From NCBI GenBank assembly GCA_046290465.1, contig JBKAGP010000001.1, forward strand, positions 5,632,001 through 5,696,000: a stretch of DNA of 64,000 nt, in the 5' to 3' direction. The position numbers and the translations under genes were made by a program. Source of the DNA: Planctomycetota bacterium. Its GTDB lineage: Bacteria; Planctomycetota; UBA1135; UBA2386. The notes beneath the pieces are model-generated. The model did not search any database and was not told the origin of the DNA. It saw only the letters and a list, made by a program, of their open reading frames with translations. Positions 26,052 through 35,978 of the stretch are shown one piece after another. How positions within the stretch are numbered: the stretch's first letter is position 1; the number at the start of each line of letters is the position of its first letter.

Positions 26052-27596
26052 ATGGCTCGACCCGAATCGGATCCAGACGAGGCCCGCCGCGCGGCTGCGG
26101 TGGCGTGCAGCGCGCTGTGCGCAGAGGTGCCGCGCGCCCGCTGCGTGCGGCCCGCGGCGCTGCACCGCCGCCTGCGCCGCCACGGCGGGGCGCTGTTCGC
26201 GCGCACGGCCGCCGACGTGCAGGTGCTGTCGCGCGCGCCGCTGCGGCTGACGGTGCACGGCGACCGCGTCGCGGTCGTCGCCCGCGAGCCTCAGGCTCGG
26301 CCGCTGCTGGCCGCGCTGGCCGAGCGCCTGGATGGCGCCCGCGTCGACGGCGACGAACTGCTCGCCCCGGTGCCGCAGCCGCCGGCTTCCGAGGGGCGGC
26401 TCGACCGGGACGTGCTGCGCGAACGGTCGGTGTTCGATCCGCTGCGCGCGCTGCTCGCGCTGGTCGCGGACCGCGACCAGGCGCCGGTGCCGGTGACCCT
26501 GTGCGGCGCGTTCGCGTTCGACCTCGTCGACCGCTTCGACGCACTGGGGGCGCGGCGCCCCGATCCGTTCGACGACCCGGACATCGACGTGCTGCTCGGC
26601 CTCGACCTGGTGCGCTACGGCGACGACGTCGTGACCGTGGTGACCCGCGGGCTGCCGTGGGAGGCGATGGCCGACGTGGTGCAGCGGCACCAGCGCACGC
26701 TCTCGGCGCTCGCCGCCGGCGACGAGGCGGTGGTCGCCGGCTCCTGCGGGCCGCGTCGCGCCGAGCGCCCCGATGCGGAGTTCGTCGACGGCGTCGAACG
26801 GCTGCGCGAGCACATCGCGGCCGGGGACGTGTTCCAGGCGGTGCTGTCGCGCGCGGTCCGCTGGCAGGGCGACGTCGACGCGCTCGAGGCGTTCGAACGG
26901 CTGGCCGCGCGCGAGCCGGCGCCGTACCAGTTCCATCTCGAACTGCAGCGCGGCGCGCTGTTCGGATCGTCGCCGGAGACCTGCGTGCGGGTGCAGCAGG
27001 GCGAGGTCGAGATCCGGCCGATCGCCGGCACGACCCTGCGCGACGCCGATGCCGACACCGACGAACGGCTGGCGCTGGCGCTGCTGTTCGATCGCAAGGA
27101 GCGGGCCGAACACGTGATGCTGCTCGACCTCGCGCGCAACGACGTCGCGCGCGTCGCCGAGCCCGGCTCGACGGCGGTGGTGCAGCAGTTCGCGATCGAG
27201 AAGTACAGCCGGGTGCAGCACCTCGTCAGCCGGGTGCGCGGCACGCTGCGCGCCGACCTCGACGCGCTGCACGCCTACCGCGCGGCGGCCAACATGGGCA
27301 CGCTCAGCGGCGCGCCGAAGCCGCGCGCGATGGAGCTGATCCGCGCGATCGAACCGGTCGGGCGCGGCTACTACGGCGGCGCGGTCGTCGCGATGACGGC
27401 CGGCGGCGACCTCGACTCGTGCATCGTCATCCGCAGCGTGCGCGCCCGCGATGGCGTGTTCCGCGCGCAGGCGGGGGCCGGCGTCGTCTGGCACAGCGAT
27501 GCCCGGCGCGAACTCGAGGAGACCGAGCGCAAGCTGCGCGCGGTGTCCGAGGTGATGGCGTCGTTCGCGGCCGCTGCGACGGAGGTGCAGGCATGA
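26052..27596 (+). CDS. trpE: Anthranilate synthase component I
   Basis: SSPE, EHVMLLDLARND, NMGTLSGAPKPRAM and QAGAGVV motifs. Confidence 0.93.
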   Translation: MARPESDPDEARRAAAVACSALCAEVPRARCVRPAALHRRLRRHGGALFARTAADVQVLSRAPLRLTVHGDRVAVVAREPQARPLLAALAERLDGARVDGDELLAPVPQPPASEGRLDRDVLRERSVFDPLRALLALVADRDQAPVPVTLCGAFAFDLVDRFDALGARRPDPFDDPDIDVLLGLDLVRYGDDVVTVVTRGLPWEAMADVVQRHQRTLSALAAGDEAVVAGSCGPRRAERPDAEFVDGVERLREHIAAGDVFQAVLSRAVRWQGDVDALEAFERLAAREPAPYQFHLELQRGALFGSSPETCVRVQQGEVEIRPIAGTTLRDADADTDERLALALLFDRKERAEHVMLLDLARNDVARVAEPGSTAVVQQFAIEKYSRVQHLVSRVRGTLRADLDALHAYRAAANMGTLSGAPKPRAMELIRAIEPVGRGYYGGAVVAMTAGGDLDSCIVIRSVRARDGVFRAQAGAGVVWHSDARRELEETERKLRAVSEVMASFAAAATEVQA

Positions 27597-28210
27597 GCGC
27601 CCGACGTGTGCTGCTACTGGACCATCGCGACAGCTTCGTGCACCTGCTCGCCGACCAGCTGGCGCGGCTCGGCTGCGACGTCGACGTGGTGCGCGCCGAC
27701 ATGCCGCTGGGCGCGTGGACCCGGTGCCTCGAACGGCAGGCGCCCGAGCTGGTGGTGCTGTCGCCCGGCCCCGGTCATCCCGAGGACGCGGCGCTGGCGC
27801 AGCAGTGGCTGCGGACCCGGCCTGAGCTGCCCGTGCTCGGGGTCTGCCTCGGCCATCAGCTGATCGGCATGGTCGCCGGCGCCGACGTGCGTCGTGGGGA
27901 CGAGCCGGCGCACGGCGAGGCCTGCGAGCTGTTCTGGCACGAACAGCCGTTCGCGCAGCTGCTGCCGCAGCGCATGCCGGTGGCGCGCTACCACAGCCTG
28001 GTGGTGGTCGAGCCGCGCGCGCCGCTGCGCACGCTGGCGACGACGCGCGACCGCGGTCGTGACGTCGTCATGGCCATCGAACACACCGAACTGCCGCAGA
28101 TCGGCGTGCAGTTCCATCCGGAGTCGGTGCTCACGCCGCACGGGCAGCAGCTGCTGCACAACGTGCTGGACTGGGCCGGGACTCGTGCGCAATCCGTGGA
28201 GACGAGGTGA
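27593..28210 (+). CDS. trpG: Anthranilate synthase component II (glutamine amidotransferase)
   Basis: SPGPGHP, GVCLGHQ, RYHSL and QFHPES motifs. Confidence 0.93.
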   Translation: MSARRVLLLDHRDSFVHLLADQLARLGCDVDVVRADMPLGAWTRCLERQAPELVVLSPGPGHPEDAALAQQWLRTRPELPVLGVCLGHQLIGMVAGADVRRGDEPAHGEACELFWHEQPFAQLLPQRMPVARYHSLVVVEPRAPLRTLATTRDRGRDVVMAIEHTELPQIGVQFHPESVLTPHGQQLLHNVLDWAGTRAQSVETR

Positions 28211-29259
28211 CAGACGTGAGTGACGAGACGAACGTGAAGCAACTGTTGCGCGATGTGGTCGCCGGCCAGCCGGTGGACGCGTCGCTGTTGGAGGACATTC
28301 TGCATGAGGCGATGGCCGGGGTGTGTGACGCGGTCGCGCTCGGTGCGCTGCTGGCTGCGTTGGCGTGTCGTGAGCCGGAGGCCGAGTGGTTGGTCGCCGG
28401 TGCGCGCGCGCTGCGCAGCCACGGCGTGGCCGTTCGGCCGCAGGTGCGACCGTTGGTCGACACCTGCGGCACGGGCGGGGACGGCAGCGGCACGTTCAAC
28501 GTGTCGACGGCGACCGCGCTGGTGGTCGCCGGCGCCGGCTGCGCGGTCGCCAAGCACGGCAACCGCGGCGTGTCGTCGCCGGTCGGTTCGGCCGACGTGC
28601 TCGAGGCGCTCGGCGTGCAGCTCGAGCAGACGCCCGGGCGCGCGCGCGAGCTGATCGACGCGGTCGGCTTCGCGTTCCTGTTCGCGCCGGCGTTCCATCC
28701 GGCGATGCGGCACGTCGTGCCGATCCGACGCGCGCTCGGTGTGCGCACGCTGTTCAACCTGCTCGGTCCGCTCGCCAGTCCGGCGCGCGCCGAGTTCCAG
28801 CTGGTCGGCGTCTACGCGCCGTCGCTGACGGCGGTGGTCGCCGAGGCGCTGCAGAAGCTCGGCAGCGAGGGCGCGATGGTCGTGCACTGCGATGGCGTCG
28901 ACGAGATCGGCCTGCACGCGGTGACCGAGGGCCACCTGCTGCGCGACGGTCGCATCGAACCGCTGCGCATCGCGCCCGAGGATCTCGGCCTCGAACGCGC
29001 CGGCCTTGCTGCGCTGCAGGGTGCCGGCGACAAGGACGGCAACGCGGCGTTGCTGCGGCGTGCGCTCGGTGGACGCGAAGGCGCGTGCAGCGACGTGGTC
29101 GCGGCCAATGCCGCGGCGGCGCTGTACGTCGCCGGCCGCGCGCCGACGCTGCGCGACGGTGTCGCGATCGCCCAGGAGGTGATGGCCAAGGGCGCCGCCG
29201 AACGGGTGCTGGCGCGCTACGCCGAGTCGTCGTGCGTCGGCGAGGGGGTGGCGTCGTGA
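28207..29259 (+). CDS. trpD: Anthranilate phosphoribosyltransferase
   Basis: DTCGTGGDG, NVST, KHGNR and RTLFNLLGP motifs. Confidence 0.95.
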   Translation: MTDVSDETNVKQLLRDVVAGQPVDASLLEDILHEAMAGVCDAVALGALLAALACREPEAEWLVAGARALRSHGVAVRPQVRPLVDTCGTGGDGSGTFNVSTATALVVAGAGCAVAKHGNRGVSSPVGSADVLEALGVQLEQTPGRARELIDAVGFAFLFAPAFHPAMRHVVPIRRALGVRTLFNLLGPLASPARAEFQLVGVYAPSLTAVVAEALQKLGSEGAMVVHCDGVDEIGLHAVTEGHLLRDGRIEPLRIAPEDLGLERAGLAALQGAGDKDGNAALLRRALGGREGACSDVVAANAAAALYVAGRAPTLRDGVAIAQEVMAKGAAERVLARYAESSCVGEGVAS

Positions 29260-29999
29260 ACGGCGTGCTGCTGGATCTGGTCGCCGCCTCGCGAGCACGG
29301 CCGGTCGTCGACGGCGACGCCCCGCCGGGCCCGCGGCCTTCGTTGGTCGCGGCGCTGCGCGGTCGCGAACGGATCTCGCTGCTGGCGGAGTTCAAGCGGC
29401 GCAGCCCGAGCGATCGGGTGTTCGCGCCGCAGGTCGACCTGCTGTCCCAGCTGCACGGCTACCAACAGGCGGGCGCCGCCGCGGTCTCGGTGCTGACCGA
29501 GCCGACGCGGTTCTGCGGCAGCATGCGCGACCTGCGTGCGGCCGTCGCGGCGAGCCCGCTGCCGATCCTGCGCAAGGACTTCCTGGTGCGGCCGGAGCAG
29601 GTGCGGGAGTCGGCGGCCAACGGCGCCAGCGCGGTGCTGCTGATCGTTCGCTGCCTGCCAGGCGCGCAGCTCGGCGAGATGGTCGACGCGTGCCGCGCCG
29701 CCGGCGTCGAGATGCTGATCGAGTGCCACGACGAGGCCGACCTCGACCGGGCGCTGCCGTTCGACGACGCCGTGCTCGGCGTCAACAACCGCGATCTGGA
29801 CACGCTGCGGGTCGACCGCGCGGTGGTCACGCGGCTGGCGCCGCGGGTGCCGACCGACCGGGTGCTGGTCGCGGAGTCCGGCTACACCGACGCCGCCCAG
29901 CTGCAACCGCTGCACGGCGTCGTCGATGCGGTGCTGATCGGCTCGGCGCTGATGCGCGGCGCCGCCGCCGGCGCGTTCGTCGCGGGAGGTCGGTCGTGA
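29256..29999 (+). CDS. trpC: Indole-3-glycerol-phosphate synthase
   Basis: AEFKRRSPS, SVLTEP, LRKDF, GVNNRDL and AESG motifs. Confidence 0.94.
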   Translation: MNGVLLDLVAASRARPVVDGDAPPGPRPSLVAALRGRERISLLAEFKRRSPSDRVFAPQVDLLSQLHGYQQAGAAAVSVLTEPTRFCGSMRDLRAAVAASPLPILRKDFLVRPEQVRESAANGASAVLLIVRCLPGAQLGEMVDACRAAGVEMLIECHDEADLDRALPFDDAVLGVNNRDLDTLRVDRAVVTRLAPRVPTDRVLVAESGYTDAAQLQPLHGVVDAVLIGSALMRGAAAGAFVAGGRS

Positions 30000-30613
30000 A
30001 GGTCAAGGTCTGCGGCCTGCGGCGGGCGGCCGATGCCGAGTGCGCGATCGCGCTCGGCGCGAGCCACGTCGGGGTGGTGCTGGCGGCGGACTCGCCGCGT
30101 TGCGCGAGCCGGGACGAAGCGGCGGCGATCGTGGCGGTCGCGCGCGGCCGGGCCGAGCCGGTGCTGGTGTTCCGCGGCGAGCCGCACGACGAGGTGCTCG
30201 CCAAAAGCGACGTGCTCGGCGTGCGCCGGGTGCAGGTGCACGGCGCCGATCGACAGGCCTGCGAAGGGCTGCGCCGCGCCGGCCTGCTGCCGATCCCGGT
30301 CGCACGGGTGTCGGCGGATGCGCGCGTGCTGCCGCACTTCGAGCCGACGCCGTGCGCGCGGCAACCGGCCCTGCTCGACGGTGGCCGCGGCGGCGCGGGC
30401 CGCTGCTTCTCGTGGTCGTTGCTCGCCGACGGTGCGCCCGACGGCGTGTTCGTCGCCGGTGGGATCCGTCCCGACAACGTGCGCGAGCTGGTCGCGCTGC
30501 GTCCGTGGGGCATCGACGTCAGCAGCGGGGTCGAGCGCGAGCCCGGCGTCAAGGACCCGCAGCTGCTGACGGCGCTGTTCCAGGGCCTGCGCAGCCGGGA
30601 GGTGCTGTCGTGA
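29996..30613 (+). CDS. trpF: Phosphoribosylanthranilate isomerase
   Basis: KVCGL, QVHG, AGGI and DVSSGVE...GVKD motifs. Confidence 0.93.
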   Translation: MKVKVCGLRRAADAECAIALGASHVGVVLAADSPRCASRDEAAAIVAVARGRAEPVLVFRGEPHDEVLAKSDVLGVRRVQVHGADRQACEGLRRAGLLPIPVARVSADARVLPHFEPTPCARQPALLDGGRGGAGRCFSWSLLADGAPDGVFVAGGIRPDNVRELVALRPWGIDVSSGVEREPGVKDPQLLTALFQGLRSREVLS

Positions 30614-31821
30614 GCGCTTCGGGGACGAACACTACGCCGCAGATCGGCGCGTTCGGAGACTACGGTGGCCGCTACGCGCCCGAACTGCTCTGGCACGCCC
30701 TCGAGGAGCTCGCCGACGCGCACCGTCGCATCGTGCCGTCGCCGGAGTTCCAGCGCGAGTTCCGCAAGGAGCTGCGCACCTGGGCGGGCCGGCCGACGCC
30801 GCTGACGTTCGCGCCGAGCTTCTCGGAAGCCGCGCGGCTGCGCGTGTTCTTGAAGCGCGAGGACCTGCTGCACGGCGGCGCCCACAAGACCAACAACGTG
30901 GTCGGCCAGGCGCTGCTCGCCCGGCGTCTCGGCAAGCGCCGGCTGGTCGCCGAGACCGGCGCCGGCCAGCACGGGGTCGCGACCGCGATGGCGGGCGCCC
31001 GGCACGGCCTCGCCGTCACCGTCTACATGGGCGCGCGCGACGTCGAACGGCAGGCTCCGAACGTCGCGCGCATGAAGCTGTGCGGCGCCGAGGTGGTGCC
31101 GGTGCAGACCGGTGCGGCGACGCTCAAGGAGGCCATCGACGACGCGCTGCGCGACTGGTCCGCTTCGGTCGAGGACACGCACTACGTGCTCGGCACGGTC
31201 TGCGGCCCCGATCCGTTCCCGGCCTTGGTGCGCGACCTGCACGCGGTCATCGGCCGCGAGGCGCGCGCGCAGGTCCGGCGTGCGCTAGGCGGGCTGCCGC
31301 AGGCGGCGATCGCGTGCGTCGGTGGCGGCAGCAACGCGATCGGCCTGTTCTCCGGCTTCGTCGACGACGACGCGGTGCAGCTGTTCGGCGCCGAGCCCGG
31401 CGGCGACGGCATCGCCAGCGGCCGCCACGGCGCGACCCTGTGCGAGGGCACGCCCGGTCTGCTGCACGGGGCCCGCAGCTACGTCTTGCAGGACCGCGAC
31501 GGCCAGGTGCGCGACAGCCACAGCGTCGCGGCCGGCCTCGACTACCCCGCGGTCGGTCCCGAGCACGCGTTCCTGCGCGACCGCGGCCGCGCGCGCTACT
31601 TCGCGGTCGAGGATGACGAGGCGCTCGCGGCGGTCTCGTCGCTGACCCGTAGCGAGGGCATCTTGCCGGCGATCGAGACCGCGCACGCGCTGGCGCTGTG
31701 CCTGCGCGCGGTCGACGACGGCCTGCTCCACGAAGGCGACGCGGTCGTCGTCAACCTGTCCGGCCGCGGCGACAAGGACCTCGCGACGCTGCTCGAGCGC
31801 CTGCCGGGAGGTGCGTCGTGA
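30610..31821 (+). CDS. trpB: Tryptophan synthase beta chain
   Basis: KREDLLHGGAHK, ETGAGQHG, CVGGGSN and NLSGRGDKD motifs. Confidence 0.97.
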   Translation: MSASGTNTTPQIGAFGDYGGRYAPELLWHALEELADAHRRIVPSPEFQREFRKELRTWAGRPTPLTFAPSFSEAARLRVFLKREDLLHGGAHKTNNVVGQALLARRLGKRRLVAETGAGQHGVATAMAGARHGLAVTVYMGARDVERQAPNVARMKLCGAEVVPVQTGAATLKEAIDDALRDWSASVEDTHYVLGTVCGPDPFPALVRDLHAVIGREARAQVRRALGGLPQAAIACVGGGSNAIGLFSGFVDDDAVQLFGAEPGGDGIASGRHGATLCEGTPGLLHGARSYVLQDRDGQVRDSHSVAAGLDYPAVGPEHAFLRDRGRARYFAVEDDEALAAVSSLTRSEGILPAIETAHALALCLRAVDDGLLHEGDAVVVNLSGRGDKDLATLLERLPGGAS

Positions 31822-32639
31822 GCGCGGCCGGACTGCGGCAGCGGCTGGCGACGGGCGAACGCCACGTCAGCCCGTTCTTGATGCTCGGCGACCCGTCGCC
31901 GGAGATCTGCGTGCAGCTGTGCCGGGCGCTGGTCGACGCCGGCGCCGGCATGCTCGAGCTCGGCATCCCGTACGCGGATCCGAGCGCCGACGGGCCCGCC
32001 GTGCAGGCCGCCGGCCGCCGCGCGCTCGAGGCCGGCGTGTCGACCGACGTGGCCTTCGCGGTGCTGCGCGAGATCCGCGCGGCCTGTCCCGATACGCCGT
32101 GCAACCTGCTGGTCTACGGCAACCTGGTGCACGCGCGCGGCTACGACCGGTTCTGTCGCGACGCGGTGTGCGCCGGCGCCAGTTCGCTGCTGGTGCCGGA
32201 CATTCCGCTCGAGGAGGGCGCCGACCTGCGCGCGGCCTGCGCGGCCCACGACCTCGGCACCGTGCTGCTGGCCGGACCGCGCACGCCGGACGCCAGGCTG
32301 CGCGCGATCGACGCCGCGGCCGATGCGTTCGTCTACCTGGCCGGCCACCAGGGCATCACCGGGGCACAGGGCTCCGGCGACGAGCAGCGACGCGCGCTGG
32401 TCCGGCGCGTGCGCGAGGTCGTGCAGGGCCCCCTCTGCGTCGGCTTCGGACTCGGCGCGCGCGAACACGTGCAGGCCGTGCACGAAGCCGGCGCCGAACT
32501 CGCGGTGGTCGGCAGCCACCTGCTGCGCGTGCTCGCCGACGCGCACCGTCGACATCGAGGCGACGTGCAGCCGGTGCTGCGCGCCGTCACCCAGGCATTC
32601 CAACAGCTGATTGAGAAGGAGAACCCCCAGTGCTCGTGA
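31818..32639 (+). CDS. trpA: Tryptophan synthase alpha chain
   Basis: LELGIPYADPSADGP, GITG and VGFG motifs. Confidence 0.95.
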   Translation: MSAAGLRQRLATGERHVSPFLMLGDPSPEICVQLCRALVDAGAGMLELGIPYADPSADGPAVQAAGRRALEAGVSTDVAFAVLREIRAACPDTPCNLLVYGNLVHARGYDRFCRDAVCAGASSLLVPDIPLEEGADLRAACAAHDLGTVLLAGPRTPDARLRAIDAAADAFVYLAGHQGITGAQGSGDEQRRALVRRVREVVQGPLCVGFGLGAREHVQAVHEAGAELAVVGSHLLRVLADAHRRHRGDVQPVLRAVTQAFQQLIEKENPQCS

Positions 32640-33637
32640 TCCTGCACCCCGACTGCACCGTCGCCGACGTGGCGGCGGTCGAAGACACCATCAAGAACCT
32701 CGGCTACACGCCGATCCCGGTGCCCGGCCCGAGCCGGACGGCGATCTGCGTGACCGGCAACCGCGGGCCGGTCGACCCGGCGCCGTTCGCGCGGCTGTCG
32801 GGCGTCGTCGACACGATCGCCGTGACCAAGCCCTACAAGCTGGTCAGCCGCGAGACCCGCCAGGACGACTCGGTCGTGATGGTCGGCGACGTGCCGATCG
32901 GCGGCGACTCCGCACCGGTGCTGGTCGCCGGACCGTGCAGCGTCGAGACCGAGGCCCGCACGATGGCGATCGCCGAGGCGGTCGCGGCGGCCGGCGCCCG
33001 GCTGTTCCGCGCCGGCGCGTTCAAGCCGCGCACCAGCCCGTACGACTTCCAGGGGCTCGGTGTCGAAGGGCTGCGCACGCTCGCGCACGTGCGCGAGTCG
33101 ACCGGCCTGCGCATCGTCTCCGAGGTCATCGACGCCAACGACGTGCCGGTGATGGCCGAGCACGTCGACGTGCTGCAGGTCGGCGCGCGCAACATGCAGA
33201 ACTTCGCGCTGCTGAAGGCGCTCGCCGACGTCGATCGCCCGGTCCTGCTGAAGCGCGGTCCGTCGGCGACGCTGCAGGAGTGGTTGATGGCGGCCGAGTA
33301 CCTGCTGGCCGGCGGCAACCCCGACGTGATCCTGTGCGAGCGCGGCATCCGCACGTTCTCGGACCATGCGCGCAACACGCTCGACCTCAACGTGGTGCCC
33401 GCGGTGCGCGAACTGTCGCACCTGCCGGTGCTGGTCGATCCGTCGCACGGGGTCGGCAAGCGCATGCGGGTGCGCGCGATGGCGCGCGCCGGCATCGCCT
33501 GCGGGGCGCACGGCCTGCTGGTCGAGGCGCACACCGACCCGTCGACCGCTTACACCGACGCGCAGCAGACGGTCGACGTGGCGACCGTCGAGGGCATCGT
33601 CGCCGACATGGCCGTGCTGTCACAGCTGGCCGGCTGA
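32630..33637 (+). CDS. aroF: DAHP synthase type I-beta with an N-terminal ACT-like regulatory domain
   Basis: AGPCSVE, KPRTSPY, GARNMQN and DPSH motifs. Confidence 0.93.
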   Translation: MLVILHPDCTVADVAAVEDTIKNLGYTPIPVPGPSRTAICVTGNRGPVDPAPFARLSGVVDTIAVTKPYKLVSRETRQDDSVVMVGDVPIGGDSAPVLVAGPCSVETEARTMAIAEAVAAAGARLFRAGAFKPRTSPYDFQGLGVEGLRTLAHVRESTGLRIVSEVIDANDVPVMAEHVDVLQVGARNMQNFALLKALADVDRPVLLKRGPSATLQEWLMAAEYLLAGGNPDVILCERGIRTFSDHARNTLDLNVVPAVRELSHLPVLVDPSHGVGKRMRVRAMARAGIACGAHGLLVEAHTDPSTAYTDAQQTVDVATVEGIVADMAVLSQLAG

Positions 33638-33647
33638 CGGCGCGGCG

Positions 33648-34277
33648 CTACTCGTAGAACGTGACCGTGCCGGTCTCGATGTCGTACATCGCGCCGACGA
33701 TCGCGATCTCGCCGGCTTCGCACATCTCGCGCAGCACGTCGCTCTGCTCGGTCATGCGTTCGACGACCATGCGCACGTTCTTCTCGGCCACGGCCTGCAC
33801 GAACGACGCGTTGCCGGAGGTGCGCTGGGCTTTGTCGGTGGGGGCGTCGACCGCCTCGACCGCGGGCTGGATGTGCGACAGCAGCTTGGTCAGGTTGCCG
33901 AGCTCGACGTGATCACAGGCGCCCTTGACGGCGCCGCAGTGCGAGTGGCCGAGCACTACGATCAGCTTGGAGCCGGCGACCTTGCAGCTGAACTCGAGGC
34001 TGCCCAGGATCTCCTCGGTGACGCAGTTGCCGGCGATGCGGACGCTGAAGATGTCGCCGATGCCCTGGTCGAACACCAGCTCGGCGGGCACGCGCGAGTC
34101 GATGCAGCCGAGCACGACGGCGAACGGCCACTGCCCCTGGCGCGTCTCCAGGACCTGTCGCTGCAGGTCGCGGTTGGTGCGCAGGTTCTCGAGGAACCGG
34201 CGGTTGCCTTCGGCGAGGAACTCCTGCGCGCGCTTCGGGGTGACGGTCGCTTGCGTTTCGGATGTGTGCGTGTGCAT
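33648..34277 (-). CDS. Beta-class carbonic anhydrase
   Basis: Zn-ligand motifs CIDSR and HSHCG; EGNRRF. Confidence 0.94.
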   Translation of the reverse strand: MHTHTSETQATVTPKRAQEFLAEGNRRFLENLRTNRDLQRQVLETRQGQWPFAVVLGCIDSRVPAELVFDQGIGDIFSVRIAGNCVTEEILGSLEFSCKVAGSKLIVVLGHSHCGAVKGACDHVELGNLTKLLSHIQPAVEAVDAPTDKAQRTSGNASFVQAVAEKNVRMVVERMTEQSDVLREMCEAGEIAIVGAMYDIETGTVTFYE

Positions 34278-34282
34278 GTGTC

Positions 34283-35821
34283 TCAGGATTGGGGTGCGGC
34301 GTTGGCCACGACTTCGAGCTGGATGTTGCGGTCCTTGGCGTTGACGCGGAAGTCCTCGATGACCTCGAGCACGTCGCGGTCGATGTCGACGCACTTGCTG
34401 GTGTCGATCACCACGACGCTGTCGTTCGGCACGATGCTCAGCTCGCGGATGATCGCGCCCTTGTTGAGGAACGTGACCTCTTCCGAGAGCCGGATGTGCA
34501 CGCGGTGCTGGCCGGTCTTGCTGTCGTTCTCCTGCAGGTGCAGGAAGTGCGAGTTCTGGTAGTTGCGGCGCAGCAGCACGATGATCGCGACCGCCATGCC
34601 GAGCGCGATGCCGGTCAACAGGTCGGTGAACACGATGCCGAGCACGGTCGTGACGAACGGGATGAACTGGCTCCAGCCGCGGCGGTACATCGTCGCGAAC
34701 AGCGACGGCTTGGCGAGCTTGTAGCCGACCACGAACAGGATGCTCGCCAGGACCGCGAGCGGCACCAGGTTGAGCACCGCTGGGATCGCCATCACGGCCA
34801 GCAGCAGGAACACGCCGTGCAGGATCGCCGACATCTTGCTGACCGCACCCGATTGGATGTTGGCCGAGCTGCGCACGATCACCTGCGTGATCGGCAGGCC
34901 GCCGATCAGGCCGGACAGCGAGTTGCCGACGCCCTGCGCGACCAGTTCGCGGTTGGTCGGCGTGACGCGCTTGTGCGGATCGAGCTTGTCGGTCGCCTCG
35001 AGGCACAGCAGCGTCTCGAGGCTGCCGACGACCGCGATGGTGCCGGCCATCAGCCAGACCGCGCTGTTGCCGAGCGCGCTCCAGTCCGGCGTCGTGAACT
35101 GCTGCAGCGCCTCGTCGAACGTCTCGGGCGTCGGCACCGACACCAGGTGGCTCGGCTCGATCGCCATGCCCGGCATGAAGCGCGTCGTGATCAGCTGGTA
35201 GACGATGCCGAACGCGACCGCGACCAGCGGGCCCTGCACGACCTTGAAGAAGCCGCCGCGCTTGCTGAGCACGTTGTCCCAGACGAGCAGGATGACCAGC
35301 GCCGCGACCGCCACCAGCGTCGCGTTCCAGTTGACGTGCTCGACCGCCTGCAGCATCTCGGTGAACGTGTTCTCGCCGTCCGGCTGGTTGAAGCGGGTGT
35401 CGCCCTCGGGGTCCTTGTCCCAGCCGAACGCGTGCGGGATCTGCTTGAGGAAGATCAGCGTGCCGATGCCGGCCAACATCCCGCGGATGACGGCCGACGG
35501 GAAGAAGTAGCCGAGCACCCCGGCGCGCGCGAAGCCGAGCGCGATCTGCACGAAGCCTGACAGGAACCCTGCCAGCAGGAATGCCTCGAAGCCGAGCTCG
35601 GTGATCGCCTGCGCGACGATCACGGCGAGGCCGGCGGCGGGGCCGGAGACGCCGAGCGGTGAGCCGCTGAGCGAGCCGACGACGATGCCGCCGATGATGC
35701 CCGCGATCAGGCCGGCGAACAGCGGCGCGCCGCTGGCCAGCGCGATGCCGAGGCAGAGCGGCACCGCGACGAAGAAGACGACGATGCTGGCGGGGAGGTC
35801 CTGCCGGATGCTTGGTTTCAT
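34283..35821 (-). CDS. SulP/SLC26 anion (bicarbonate) transporter with STAS domain
   Basis: VAVPLCLGIALASG, VSGPAAG and VIVRSSANI motifs. Cotranscribed with the carbonic anhydrase. Confidence 0.92.
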   Translation of the reverse strand: MKPSIRQDLPASIVVFFVAVPLCLGIALASGAPLFAGLIAGIIGGIVVGSLSGSPLGVSGPAAGLAVIVAQAITELGFEAFLLAGFLSGFVQIALGFARAGVLGYFFPSAVIRGMLAGIGTLIFLKQIPHAFGWDKDPEGDTRFNQPDGENTFTEMLQAVEHVNWNATLVAVAALVILLVWDNVLSKRGGFFKVVQGPLVAVAFGIVYQLITTRFMPGMAIEPSHLVSVPTPETFDEALQQFTTPDWSALGNSAVWLMAGTIAVVGSLETLLCLEATDKLDPHKRVTPTNRELVAQGVGNSLSGLIGGLPITQVIVRSSANIQSGAVSKMSAILHGVFLLLAVMAIPAVLNLVPLAVLASILFVVGYKLAKPSLFATMYRRGWSQFIPFVTTVLGIVFTDLLTGIALGMAVAIIVLLRRNYQNSHFLHLQENDSKTGQHRVHIRLSEEVTFLNKGAIIRELSIVPNDSVVVIDTSKCVDIDRDVLEVIEDFRVNAKDRNIQLEVVANAAPQS

Positions 35822-35885
35822 GTCGGAGCGTGTGTGGCGCCAGCACTTCGGCTCGGGCCAGACAGGCACTATCGGGGCAGGGCTA

Positions 35886-35936
35886 CCGTTCAGATAGTTG
35901 TATTTCGTTGACCCGGAGCGTCAATTGAACTGACGG
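35886..35936. promoter_or_regulatory. AT-rich divergent promoter region with inverted repeats, candidate LysR operator
   Basis: TTGAC-N7-GTCAA (35908-35924) nested inside GTTCAG...TTGAAC, between the divergent SulP and LysR genes. Confidence 0.5.
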
Positions 35937-35978
35937 TGCCGCCCAATGCCATGGGAGCTTGCCGCCGGACCCGTCGCC

